From Candidatus Saccharimonadota bacterium (GTDB lineage Bacteria; Patescibacteriota; Saccharimonadia; Saccharimonadales; JAGPDM01): a stretch of 50,199 bases of DNA. Shown here piece after piece: positions 1 to 9,282 of this stretch (positions within the stretch are counted from its first letter, which is position 1; each line of letters begins with the position of its first letter). A program made the translations under genes and the position numbers. Location: the NCBI GenBank assembly GCA_018057585.1, contig JAGPDM010000001.1:1-50199 (forward strand), in the 5' to 3' direction. The notes beneath the pieces were generated by a model, which saw nothing but the letters and a program-made list of their open reading frames with translations, did not search any database and was not told the DNA's origin.

Positions 1-93
1 GATATTGTAGCCACTAACCGTCTCAAGAAGTCCTCCGAAGTTAAGCTGAATGTCATTGCTGATTACCAGATTGACACCTCTGTTGATAAATAG
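1..93 (+). CDS. 3' end of a CDS truncated by the window edge, product unknown
   Basis: Open frame from base 1 to TAG at 91-93 (...DYQIDTSVDK*). It is too short to identify. Confidence 0.35.
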   Translation, partial: DIVATNRLKKSSEVKLNVIADYQIDTSVDK

Positions 94-116
94 TACTATT
101 GAAGTCTAATTAACCT

Positions 117-142
117 GCCTACATGCTCTGAGGTATGTAGGC
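117..142 (+). promoter_or_regulatory. Hairpin in the rpsF 5' leader, candidate S6:S18 autoregulatory element
   Basis: 8-bp stem GCCTACAT (117-124) / ATGTAGGC (135-142) with a 10-nt loop, 25 nt upstream of the rpsF GTG. No U-tract follows, so it is not a terminator. Confidence 0.25.
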
Positions 143-167
143 CGTAGTCCACAGGAAGGAGTACTTT

Positions 168-518
168 GTGGAATTATATGAACTAGTAGTTTTACTACAC
201 CCAGATCTAGAAATAGATATCGACAAACCACTTAAGAAGCTTGAGAAGATTATTTCTGATCAAGACGGCAAGATTGCCAAGATGGATAATTGGGGCAAAC
301 GCAAGCTTGCTTACCCGATCCAAAAAGGCGATTATGCTATCTATATTTACTATGAAGTTGAGCTAGATAAGCAAAAGGTCAGCAAACTTGACGGCATTTT
401 AAACATCACTGACGAAGTTATTCGACATTTATTGGTTCGTCACGTTGAACCACCAGAAGAAAAACCAGAATCTGAAGAAGATACAGAATCTAGCGAAGAA
501 GCAAAAGAGGAGGAATAA
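168..518 (+). CDS. rpsF: 30S ribosomal protein S6
   Basis: GTG start preceded by AGGAAGGA. The translation MELYELVVLLHPDL...WGKRKLAYPI is S6-like with an acidic C-tail. Sits in the conserved rpsF-ssb-rpsR arrangement. Confidence 0.95.
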   Translation: MELYELVVLLHPDLEIDIDKPLKKLEKIISDQDGKIAKMDNWGKRKLAYPIQKGDYAIYIYYEVELDKQKVSKLDGILNITDEVIRHLLVRHVEPPEEKPESEEDTESSEEAKEEE

Positions 519-976
519 TGGCTCAAGGATTTAACCAAGTAAATTTACTCGGCAATCTAACTGCCGACCCAGAACTAAAGACTATACCTTCGGGTCAGTC
601 TGTCTGCTCTTTTAGCCTTGCAGTTAATCGTAACTGGACAGGCAAGGACGGCAACAAGCAGGAAGAAGTTAACTTCTTCGACTGTGTAGCCTGGGGCAAG
701 CCTGGTGAGATAATCGCTCAGTACATGGGCAAAGGCCGACAGCTATTTGTTAGCGGCCGATTGCAAAACCGTAGCTGGGAAGCTAAAGATGGTAGCAAGC
801 GTTACCGAACAGAAGTAGTAGTTTCAGACTTCAACTTTGTAGATAATGCCGGAGGTGGTGGCGGACAATCATCCGCTAGCTCACCGAAATCTGCTCCAGC
901 TAAAAAAAGTGATGACGTCGTCATCGAAGATATTGACGCTAACGAACCGATAGATCTATCGGACATCCCATTCTAA
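518..976 (+). CDS. ssb: Single-stranded DNA-binding protein
   Basis: TAATG overlap with rpsF. OB-fold N-terminus (NQVNLLGNLTADPELK...), a Gly-rich linker and the acidic C-terminal tip DLSDIPF. Confidence 0.95.
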   Translation: MAQGFNQVNLLGNLTADPELKTIPSGQSVCSFSLAVNRNWTGKDGNKQEEVNFFDCVAWGKPGEIIAQYMGKGRQLFVSGRLQNRSWEAKDGSKRYRTEVVVSDFNFVDNAGGGGGQSSASSPKSAPAKKSDDVVIEDIDANEPIDLSDIPF

Positions 977-989
977 AGAAAGGAATATT

Positions 990-1187
990 ATGAAGAAACA
1001 AGACAACCGAAAAATAACTTTTTTTGATTACAAGGACTTTAAGACCTTGCAGAGGTTCATGAACCAATACGGTCAGATTGAATCACAGTATAAAACTGGC
1101 CTTTCTGCTAAGCAGCAGCGAGCTCTAAGTACTGCTGTAAAGCGATCACGACACATAGCACTACTACCGTTTATTAATCATCAGTAA
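990..1187 (+). CDS. rpsR: 30S ribosomal protein S18
   Basis: 65 aa and basic. The motif FFDYKDFKTLQRFMNQYGQI...LSAKQQRAL matches S18. Follows ssb. Confidence 0.9.
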   Translation: MKKQDNRKITFFDYKDFKTLQRFMNQYGQIESQYKTGLSAKQQRALSTAVKRSRHIALLPFINHQ

Positions 1188-1196
1188 GCCTAAATT

Positions 1197-1760
1197 ATGC
1201 TGTCTATAACTGACCTTAAGAAAGACACACTTATACAAATCGATAATACGCCGTATCGAGTGGTTGACTATGCGCAGAAACAAATGGGGCGTGGTGGTTC
1301 GATTGTTAATACTAAGCTCAAGAACTTAATCGATGGTAGCGTTATCCCTAAGACTTTTAAAGGTAACGATAAAATAGATCAAGCTGACGTTTCAAATGAG
1401 AAAGTTCAATACTTATATGCCGATAAGGAAGATTTATTCTTTATGAACGGCGAAACTTACGAGCAGTTTTCAGTCGATATCAATATGCTAGGTAAAACTG
1501 CCGAACTGCTAAAAGAGGGGCTCGAAGTCCAAGCACAGAAGTTTGACGGCAATGTTATAAATATTAACCTGCCTGTTAAGGTTACTCTTCAAGTTACCGA
1601 TGCGCCTGATGTCTCAAAAGGCGATACTCAATCGACTGTTCAGAAAGAAGCGATTCTAGAAACTGGCGCAAAATTACAAGTTCCGATTTTCATAAAGACT
1701 GGCGAGCAAATCGTCGTGGACACACGTGATTTTAGCTATGTCGAACGTTTTAAGGGTTAG
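1197..1760 (+). CDS. efp: Elongation factor P, with Arg at the modified loop tip
   Basis: 187 aa. The N-terminal KOW-like domain aligns without gaps to EF-P (PYRVVDYAQKQMGRGGSIVNTKLKNL). The C-terminal OB domains are present. Confidence 0.95.
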   Translation: MLSITDLKKDTLIQIDNTPYRVVDYAQKQMGRGGSIVNTKLKNLIDGSVIPKTFKGNDKIDQADVSNEKVQYLYADKEDLFFMNGETYEQFSVDINMLGKTAELLKEGLEVQAQKFDGNVININLPVKVTLQVTDAPDVSKGDTQSTVQKEAILETGAKLQVPIFIKTGEQIVVDTRDFSYVERFKG

Positions 1761-1764
1761 TTAA

Positions 1765-2475
1765 ATGCGCTTAGATAGAGCGTTAGTTGAACGGAAACTA
1801 GCCTCTAGCCGGTCGCAGGCAAACGACATGATAAAGCGCAAAGTTGTCGAATTGAACAATAAAATTGTTCAGAAACCAAACCAATCTACCTCTGTTAATG
1901 ATAAAATATCAATCATTGAGAACGATCAGTACGTTTCACGAGCTGGTCGTAAACTAGCATCAATCGCGACACAGTTTGATCTCGATTTCAAAGACAAAAC
2001 CGTGCTTGATGTCGGCTCGTCAACCGGTGGTTTCACAGACTATTCGTTGCAGCATGGGGCCGGCAAAGTTGTGGCGGTAGACGTTGGAACCCAGCAATTG
2101 CATGCAAAACTGCGCGGCGATAAAAGAGTAGAATTACATGAAAAAACTGACATTCGCAAATACCAAAACTCTAATAATTTAGAGTTCGATTTTATACTTA
2201 TCGACGTTTCATTTATTTCGATTTTGGACATTCTGCCAGCAGTGTATGGATTTAGCAGTGAGAAAACTAGAATTGTAGCAATGGTTAAACCACAGTTCGA
2301 GACAGGAAAAAAGCACAAAGGTGTAGTTAAGAATAATACAATACGTCGTAATGTTCTTTCCGAGGTTGAGCAAGAGTTTGCACCTAAGTTCATAGTAATG
2401 GCTAAAAAGGACTCCGAACTAAGCGGAGCTAAAGGTAACGTCGAGCGATTCTATTTACTGAAAAAATCTAAGTAG
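1765..2475 (+). CDS. tlyA: TlyA-family rRNA 2'-O-methyltransferase (S4 domain plus FtsJ-like methyltransferase)
   Basis: MRLDRALVERKLASSRSQA (S4-like), YVSRAGRKL, and the SAM motif VLDVGSSTGGFTD. Confidence 0.85.
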   Translation: MRLDRALVERKLASSRSQANDMIKRKVVELNNKIVQKPNQSTSVNDKISIIENDQYVSRAGRKLASIATQFDLDFKDKTVLDVGSSTGGFTDYSLQHGAGKVVAVDVGTQQLHAKLRGDKRVELHEKTDIRKYQNSNNLEFDFILIDVSFISILDILPAVYGFSSEKTRIVAMVKPQFETGKKHKGVVKNNTIRRNVLSEVEQEFAPKFIVMAKKDSELSGAKGNVERFYLLKKSK

Positions 2476-2480
2476 ATTCA

Positions 2481-3554
2481 TTAAACGTTAAAGCGGAATT
2501 CGACAACATCGTCGGGCTGCATGACGTAGGTTTTGCCTTCGGTCCGAACCTTGCCAAGCTTCTTAGCATTAGGTCGTGTTTTACATTCAAGTAGATCATC
2601 GAAGTTAATAACTTCGGCGGCGATAAAGCCACGCTCAAAGTCAGCATGAATAGCTCCGGCAGCTTGAGGCGCAGTGCTACCAGCTTTGATTGTCCAGGCT
2701 CGAACTTCTTTGCCGCCAGAGGTTAGGTAGGTTTGCAGGCCTAAGGCAGAGAAGCCTACACGGCTGAGACGGACTAAGCCTGATTCTGTTAAGCCGTACT
2801 CCTGCATGAACATTTCGGCATCTTCGCCTTCGAGCTGAGCAATTTCAGCTTCGATTCTGGCGCTGACAAACACGACATTTTTGCTTGGGGCAAGTGCTCG
2901 CAACTCATCTTTCTTGAATTTATCATTCAGAGCAGTTTCATCGACATTAAAGACGTAAATAAATGGCTTAGCGGTCAGAAGACTAAGATAGCTTAGCTCC
3001 TCGAGTTCGATACCGCTGTTAATTGCTAGGATTCCTTCGTCGAGCTTCGGTTTGAGTTGCTCGATTAGTGCCATCCGCGTCTTAGCGTCTTTATCAGACT
3101 TTGCCTGCTTGTTTAGCTTCGGCAAGTGATTCTCAATCGTTTGTAGGTCGGCTAATATTAGCTCAGTATTAATTGTTTCTATATCTTTTTTCGGGTCGAG
3201 ATGGTTATCAACGTGTTGTATGTCACTGTCTTCAAATGCACGAACAACTTGGACGATAGCTGAGGTTTCACGGATGTGACTCAAAAAAGCATTGCCCATG
3301 CCTTCACCCTTGTGAGCACCAGCCACAATCCCAGCGATATCAAGGAACTTCACAGTCGCTGGTACGATCGGCGCGCCGTCATACAGTTCACTAAGCTGCG
3401 CCAAACGATCATCTGGTACGGCAACAATACCTTCGTTTGGCTCAATAGTCGCAAACGGATAATTAGCCGCCAAGACATTATTTTTTGTCAGGGCATTAAA
3501 TAGTGTTGATTTCCCTACATTAGGTAGGCCGACAATGCCGATTGATAAACTCAT
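2481..3554 (-). CDS. ychF: Ribosome-binding ATPase YchF
   Basis: GIVGLPNVGKSTLFNALT P-loop; 357 aa; C-terminal TGS-like region ...VMQPDDVVEFRFNV. Confidence 0.95.
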   Translation of the reverse strand: MSLSIGIVGLPNVGKSTLFNALTKNNVLAANYPFATIEPNEGIVAVPDDRLAQLSELYDGAPIVPATVKFLDIAGIVAGAHKGEGMGNAFLSHIRETSAIVQVVRAFEDSDIQHVDNHLDPKKDIETINTELILADLQTIENHLPKLNKQAKSDKDAKTRMALIEQLKPKLDEGILAINSGIELEELSYLSLLTAKPFIYVFNVDETALNDKFKKDELRALAPSKNVVFVSARIEAEIAQLEGEDAEMFMQEYGLTESGLVRLSRVGFSALGLQTYLTSGGKEVRAWTIKAGSTAPQAAGAIHADFERGFIAAEVINFDDLLECKTRPNAKKLGKVRTEGKTYVMQPDDVVEFRFNV

Positions 3555-3695
3555 ATCTACTAGTTTAACAGATGGGATGCTAAAATCAGCAAACCATGGA
3601 GAATTCCCGTTTCTTACGAAATGTTCATGCTCTGTAAGTTAATGCTTGCAGCTAGAGAGCCAAGATTGATTGCGCACTAGCAATAAGTTATTATT

Positions 3696-4091
3696 GTGCT
3701 AATGGTAAATTTTAGAAAACACAAAAAAATAATCATCTTAACTCTACTAGTCATAACTATATCTGCTAGTGGAGTCTACTATTTTGTATTTTTTAGAAAA
3801 ACTGCTTTTGATGGTCTAAGCGATCAGGAAATTGAAGAAAGAGCCGGTCATACTTTTGCAACTTCTAAAACTAGCAATAAAGACAGAGAAGAGAGCATTG
3901 AGAGAACCTTAAAGGATAAGGATGCAGGCTTTATTGAGTATCTTACGGCTGCCCAAAGCGCTCTTGAATTAAAAGATAAAGCTAAAACACTAGAAGTAGT
4001 CGACAAAGCTAGGCAGAATTTAAAAGAACTCGACGAAGTAAGTGAGGGTGCGTTGCAAAAATTGGAAGCTCAGGCCAAGGAACTAAAATAA
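3696..4091 (+). CDS. Hypothetical membrane-anchored coiled-coil protein
   Basis: One N-terminal TM helix (IIILTLLVITISASGVYYFVFF) followed by a charged helical region. Its stop TAA abuts the next ATG at 4092. GTG start at 3696; an ATG at 3702 is an alternative. Confidence 0.6.
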   Translation: MLMVNFRKHKKIIILTLLVITISASGVYYFVFFRKTAFDGLSDQEIEERAGHTFATSKTSNKDREESIERTLKDKDAGFIEYLTAAQSALELKDKAKTLEVVDKARQNLKELDEVSEGALQKLEAQAKELK

Positions 4092-6590
4092 ATGTCTAAA
4101 AAATATCTACACATATCAGGACTAGTAGTTGTGGCATTGCTTGCTATTTCTATGCCAGCTTTTGCTCATCGGCCAGGCTGGGATGGTAGTCGTCTTGACG
4201 GAGATTATGGTGATCATAAGCGAAATACGACCTATATCTGTGAAAAGAATGTTGAGGTAGTGAGGAGTGGGTCTCTTGCAGACGGTAGAAGATATAAGGT
4301 TGTAGAACTCAGATTGCTAGGCAACGACAATGCATCTATTCATTATGATGAGCGTGGCAGCTTACTACCCCTAAATAATAAGAAATGCACAAATACGAAT
4401 GAGAATATATGGGATAATGATTGGAAGTTCCAACCTAGCAAGGTTACCTTTGATGGCGATAAGCCGATAGATATTTCATTGGGTGGCGTGAAAAGTACTG
4501 GCTCTACTTACGATTTTTGTGGTATTACTGCTTCATCTTCACCAGCAACAAGAATTGTCAGGAGCATGTATGGGATTGACTGTAAGATAAATGGCTCAGA
4601 GATTGCAACTATTAATGACCTAGGTGCAGCATCAATAAACGGCAAGAAACTGTACTGTGTTGGGTTGCCGAAATCAGGTTACGAGAGTAATTTTAGTGGA
4701 TATCCGACCTGTCCTAATAATGGCCCTCAGACAGATACGCAGATTTATAATGTTATCAAGGCTGGAGAGACAAAAGACTACGAAGGGATGCCTACAGTGG
4801 GTTACCTTACTCGTAGAACAATAGATGGTGGTTTTGAACTAAGCGAAGGTTACTACAACGTTCCAACCGTCAATGCTATTAATCCTAGTGCATACAGATA
4901 TGTTTCAGAAAATAGTCAGCCCTCACTGATAGACGGCACTAACTATTTTAATCTTAAAAAGAACGGTACGTTGGTTGGAGACGTGTCAGTTAAGCTGTGG
5001 GCTGCAAATACTGAAAATCCTTGGGGTGGAATAACAGGAACCCGTGATGGGGTTGTTCCGAAAAGAAGGGCAGATTTTTCACCACCGAGAAAAGCGAATG
5101 AGAATATCGCAAAAATTGCCTGTGGTGGTAACTATGTACAGTGTAAATCAGTTAAATCGACAGTAATGTTTACGTTAATTTATAACAAGAAAACTCAACA
5201 CGATGCAAGCTTTACTGGATATAGCGGTCCGCTTCCTGCCGGCTCTCTTAATCCATACCAAAACAGCAATAAAGTGCTACCTGGTAAGAAGTATTCTGTC
5301 CAAATAAAAGCTTGGAATAATGGTCCTGATAATGGCAAATTGACTGAATTATTTGTTGAAAACAAAAATACAAGTCTTGCATCTCACGAAGAGATGAGCC
5401 CAATTGATCCTGCCGCCTACAAGGGAGGTGTTAACACTATTCTTGGAGGTGACAAGGTGTATATAAAAAATAAAGAGTTTTGCTCAGAGGCTAGTGATAA
5501 ACCTCTAAGTTGTTGGTTTTGGTCGGTCTATGGTTTACCCAAAAATAAGAAAACACTTAAAACAAACTTCACCTTTCTGGTTTCTGCTAGCGCCAAGCAG
5601 AACGATAAAATTTGTTTCGATGTCTACATAAGAGAAAAGGATGCCGGCTCATCTAAGCGTAAGAAAGTGTGTTTTAAGGTCGATATTCCGACCAAGCCTG
5701 TACTTAAGGTTGAGGGTGGTGATGCCCGTTCAGCCGGTGCAAGGATGTCGACGACGGCAGGAACGGCATGTGTGGCCGAGCCTAGCTATAGTGGCGACGT
5801 AAAGACTCATTCTAGCCCAAGTGGAGGTGCTTCCTATGGTCAATATGCAGTGATGGGTAAAGGCGCTATAACTGGATTTAGATCGGAGAACGATAGCCTA
5901 TCCACCAATAAAAACCTGACTTTCTACAATAATAAGTCTACAAAAGGCGGTTATGAAGTAGTCTGTAGAGAAGATTTAGCAAAAAAGATAGAAAATGAAC
6001 CATTGAAAGTAACAAGAAATAATATGACAGGACTTTTAAGCGGTCCAGCGATTAATGATTCGGGTATGTATATAGTAAAAAAAATTGGCACAACTAAATT
6101 TACAACTACCGGCATAACTATTCCTAAAGGCTCTCGAAAGACTGTAGTTATCAATGGCGATCTTGTGATTAACGGAAACATTAAATACCCAACAGGTGGT
6201 TATTCAAGTAGAAAACAAGTATCCGCTTTAGCCGTTATTGTTAAGGGCAATATTCATATTGGAAAAGACGTAGATACTATCGAAGGGCTTTTCGTTGCCA
6301 GTGGCAAGATTATCACCTGCTCAAATGGGACCTCGTCGGCATTAGGTAGCCTCAAGCCAAACATCAAGAACTCCATCGGCAGAGGCCAGTGCGCTAAGCC
6401 CTTAAAGATTAAGGGTGCTATTGTTGCTAACGAAATCTATTTTAGGCGGACATATGGCGATATTGGCACAGGTAAGTATGCCGAGACAATTAGCTTCCTG
6501 CCTGAACTATATATAGCACCACCACCATTCAGTAGTAATCTACTAGAACTTAAACGCAACGATCAACTAGATTTGCCAGCTGTTTTTTAG
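4092..6590 (+). CDS. Large secreted Cys-rich protein, function unknown (possible beta-helix C-terminal region)
   Basis: 832 aa with a signal-peptide-like N-terminus (LVVVALLAISMPAFA|HRP) and many Cys residues. The C-terminal stretch VVINGDLVINGNIKY...AVIVKGNIHIGKDVDTIEGLFVASGKII is repetitive. I recognise no family. Confidence 0.8.
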   Translation: MSKKYLHISGLVVVALLAISMPAFAHRPGWDGSRLDGDYGDHKRNTTYICEKNVEVVRSGSLADGRRYKVVELRLLGNDNASIHYDERGSLLPLNNKKCTNTNENIWDNDWKFQPSKVTFDGDKPIDISLGGVKSTGSTYDFCGITASSSPATRIVRSMYGIDCKINGSEIATINDLGAASINGKKLYCVGLPKSGYESNFSGYPTCPNNGPQTDTQIYNVIKAGETKDYEGMPTVGYLTRRTIDGGFELSEGYYNVPTVNAINPSAYRYVSENSQPSLIDGTNYFNLKKNGTLVGDVSVKLWAANTENPWGGITGTRDGVVPKRRADFSPPRKANENIAKIACGGNYVQCKSVKSTVMFTLIYNKKTQHDASFTGYSGPLPAGSLNPYQNSNKVLPGKKYSVQIKAWNNGPDNGKLTELFVENKNTSLASHEEMSPIDPAAYKGGVNTILGGDKVYIKNKEFCSEASDKPLSCWFWSVYGLPKNKKTLKTNFTFLVSASAKQNDKICFDVYIREKDAGSSKRKKVCFKVDIPTKPVLKVEGGDARSAGARMSTTAGTACVAEPSYSGDVKTHSSPSGGASYGQYAVMGKGAITGFRSENDSLSTNKNLTFYNNKSTKGGYEVVCREDLAKKIENEPLKVTRNNMTGLLSGPAINDSGMYIVKKIGTTKFTTTGITIPKGSRKTVVINGDLVINGNIKYPTGGYSSRKQVSALAVIVKGNIHIGKDVDTIEGLFVASGKIITCSNGTSSALGSLKPNIKNSIGRGQCAKPLKIKGAIVANEIYFRRTYGDIGTGKYAETISFLPELYIAPPPFSSNLLELKRNDQLDLPAVF

Positions 6591-6664
6591 TCATAAACTG
6601 CAAACTTACTTTAAATAAAAAATGGGCTTACATAACTGATGATGCTTATGGTAATATTGTTTGC

Positions 6665-7705
6665 ATGGGCATATTCGCCAAAAACAAAGATTTTTTTGGT
6701 TTAGACATAGGAACAACAGGAATTCGGGTGGTCCAGCTTGCTGGTGGCACAGTGAAGCCAAATTTAATGAGATTCGGGTCAATAAAAGTAGATTCTAAAA
6801 TGGTTCAAAGTAATGCCCCAGGCGACCAGGGAAAGTTAGCGAAGACTATAAAAAAGTTAGTGACTGATTCTGGTATTAAATCCACTTCGGTCGTTATTGG
6901 AGTACCATCTAAGCAGGTCTATTCTTCAGTTATTGAAACTGCTCAACTGACTCCGCAAGAATTAGGAAAATCAATAAACTATTTGGCAGAGAAGTATATT
7001 CCGGTGCCGATCGACCAGGTCAAGTTAGATTGGGCTCAGTTAGGCCCATCTCCTGTTGAGCCAACAAAACAAGAAGTGCTGTTACTTTCGGTAAGAAATA
7101 TATTCACAGAGTCGAGACTGGACATGCTTGGCAGTATCGGGCTTGATGTTGTCTCGGTCCAGCCTGAGGCCTTAGCCTCTGGTAGGTCACTACTTCCGAC
7201 AGGATCTATTGAGCCCGTTTTGGTATTGGACTTGGGTGCAAATACTTCTGACCTTTCAATTTTCGTAAATGGTGCACCTCGCCTAATAAGGTCTATATCA
7301 GTTGGTGGTAATACTTTCGTTAAAAGTGTTATGCAAGGTCTTGGAGTAGACGAAGAACAGGCTGCACAATTTGTTTTTAAATTTGGCTTGAACCAACAAA
7401 AACTAGAAGGACAAATATATGATGCTATCCATCCTGGACTCCAGTCTTTAATTGAAGAAGTCAATAAATCTATTCAGTTTTTTGTGAACAGATATAAAGG
7501 CTCTAAGATTAGTAAGATCATAGTAACCGGACAGACTTCATCTGTGCCAGAGCTACCACTTTACTTAGTGAATCAAACCCAGACTGCTGTAGAGATAGGC
7601 AATAGCTGGACCAATGTTAACTATCCAAGTAATACGACCGAGAAGCTTATGTCTGCTTCGACCGAATTTTCTGTGGCTGTGGGTCTTGCGGAGGCTAGTA
7701 TATGA
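6665..7705 (+). CDS. pilM: Type IV pilus assembly protein PilM (actin-like ATPase fold)
   Basis: FFGLDIGTTGIRVVQL N-terminus; 346 aa; ATGA overlap with the next gene; position ahead of PilN/PilO-like genes. Confidence 0.85.
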   Translation: MGIFAKNKDFFGLDIGTTGIRVVQLAGGTVKPNLMRFGSIKVDSKMVQSNAPGDQGKLAKTIKKLVTDSGIKSTSVVIGVPSKQVYSSVIETAQLTPQELGKSINYLAEKYIPVPIDQVKLDWAQLGPSPVEPTKQEVLLLSVRNIFTESRLDMLGSIGLDVVSVQPEALASGRSLLPTGSIEPVLVLDLGANTSDLSIFVNGAPRLIRSISVGGNTFVKSVMQGLGVDEEQAAQFVFKFGLNQQKLEGQIYDAIHPGLQSLIEEVNKSIQFFVNRYKGSKISKIIVTGQTSSVPELPLYLVNQTQTAVEIGNSWTNVNYPSNTTEKLMSASTEFSVAVGLAEASI

Positions 7706-8379
7706 TTAATGTAAACCTCCTTCCGGATAGTAAGCTACAGAAACTCAAATCTAAACGCTCGAAAGATGCAGTAAGGGCTATATCAGTTATATTGATCATT
7801 GCGAGTATAGCCTTGCCTGTGACTTTACTGATTTTTGACTTCGTAATGACCCAGGCCATTAAATCAAAACAGAATAAAATTGATGACCTTGTCACAAAAT
7901 TTGAAACACAGGAAGATGTTCAACGGATATTAACAGTTCAGAATCAGCTGAATGCTCTGCCACAAGTAGAAGCTAATTCGTTTAAGATGTCTAACCTATT
8001 AGCAGTTATCGAACATGCTACACCAAAAAATGTATCACTCTTAGGAGTGAACGTACTAAACGATAACGGCACTTTCGAGTTTCAGGTTAATGCTGACTCT
8101 ATGCAGAGTGCTAATGAATTCATCAACACTCTTGAGTCAATAGAGATAATCAGTGTTAATGAGAGCGGTGAGGGCTCAGGGCCAATCTCGCCATTTGAAG
8201 CACCAGTAACTACATCGCTTGCCGGCGGAGCAAGTGAGCCGATATCTTTTAGTGTTAAAGGTAAGCTCAATAGCGAGTTTGGCAAAATAGAACGCATCGA
8301 TAAGTTTACACTCAAACCTTTCAAGCTAGAACTTAGTCAGTCTGGTGAACGAACTATTAAAATGTCGGGAGACAACTAA
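7702..8379 (+). CDS. pilN: PilN-like pilus alignment protein
   Basis: Starts MINVNLLP followed by a single TM helix, as is typical of PilN. Coupled to pilM and the next gene. Confidence 0.75.
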   Translation: MINVNLLPDSKLQKLKSKRSKDAVRAISVILIIASIALPVTLLIFDFVMTQAIKSKQNKIDDLVTKFETQEDVQRILTVQNQLNALPQVEANSFKMSNLLAVIEHATPKNVSLLGVNVLNDNGTFEFQVNADSMQSANEFINTLESIEIISVNESGEGSGPISPFEAPVTTSLAGGASEPISFSVKGKLNSEFGKIERIDKFTLKPFKLELSQSGERTIKMSGDN

Positions 8380-9026
8380 TGTCTAAGGCAAAAAAAATCC
8401 ATCCTAGCAAGCTAGACACTGGCGAATCGAAACCGCTGGCAATGATGATTCTAGCTACCGTGATACTCGCAATTGGATTGGTTGCGACTAATTATTTCGT
8501 GAAATCATTGAATTTTCACACTAGGGTATTTAGACAGAAACATTCAGTAGTTAAGAAACTTGAATCAAATCAAGATTCACTGGATAGCCTAAGAGAGGAG
8601 TTTGTAGCTAACGAGAAAACAGGACCGACGTCGGATGAAATTTTTGCAAGCTTACCAACATCAAAAGATTTCCCGCAAACGTCTGCTACGCTAGAGAGTA
8701 TTATCAAAAGGAGTGGAGTTGAGTTGCAGAGCGTAAGCCTCAACACAAACGCCGAAGAAGGGGTGCCAGAAGGTGAGGCAGAAGCACCGAAATACGCATC
8801 ACCAAATCCTGAGATAGGCGAAATGGTATTGACTGTTGAGGTTTCTGGTTCATACGACAGTATTAGAGATATGTTGAAAAATCTTGAGAAGTCTCTCAGA
8901 GTTTTCAGGGTTGACTCTTTAGAGGTTAGCGGCTCTCAAGATAAAATTACTGGAAATTTACAGATAAAAACCTATTATCAACAGGCCGTAGATAACACTG
9001 TTAAAACTGAGGTAATTGAATTATGA
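8379..9026 (+). CDS. pilO: PilO-like pilus alignment protein
   Basis: N-terminal TM helix, a coiled segment, then an alpha/beta C-terminal part. The call rests mainly on position after pilN. TAATG and ATGA junctions. Confidence 0.55.
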   Translation: MSKAKKIHPSKLDTGESKPLAMMILATVILAIGLVATNYFVKSLNFHTRVFRQKHSVVKKLESNQDSLDSLREEFVANEKTGPTSDEIFASLPTSKDFPQTSATLESIIKRSGVELQSVSLNTNAEEGVPEGEAEAPKYASPNPEIGEMVLTVEVSGSYDSIRDMLKNLEKSLRVFRVDSLEVSGSQDKITGNLQIKTYYQQAVDNTVKTEVIEL

Positions 9027-9271
9027 AATTATCTGATTACCTAGTCGCGATAGTAGTTGGCTTGCTAGTTGGGGTGCTTACTTATGCATCAACAGCAAAC
9101 TTTCTGTTTGACTCTGATAGATTCAAGGCAGAGATAGAAGTTGTTAAGAATATAGATTCCACATTCAACACTGAATCAACAAATTTATTCACTGATGATG
9201 CAAGGGTAGACTATTCGTCTGAGGTTGAGCTTAACACTTCCCGCAATCCGAAGCCGTTTAGCGGGCTTTAA
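9023..9271 (+). CDS. Small single-pass membrane protein in the pilus operon
   Basis: 82 aa with one TM helix (LVAIVVGLLVGVLTYA). ATGA overlap with the pilO-like gene. It sits where PilP is found in diderm loci. Confidence 0.5.
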   Translation: MKLSDYLVAIVVGLLVGVLTYASTANFLFDSDRFKAEIEVVKNIDSTFNTESTNLFTDDARVDYSSEVELNTSRNPKPFSGL

Positions 9272-9282
9272 GGAATGTTGTC

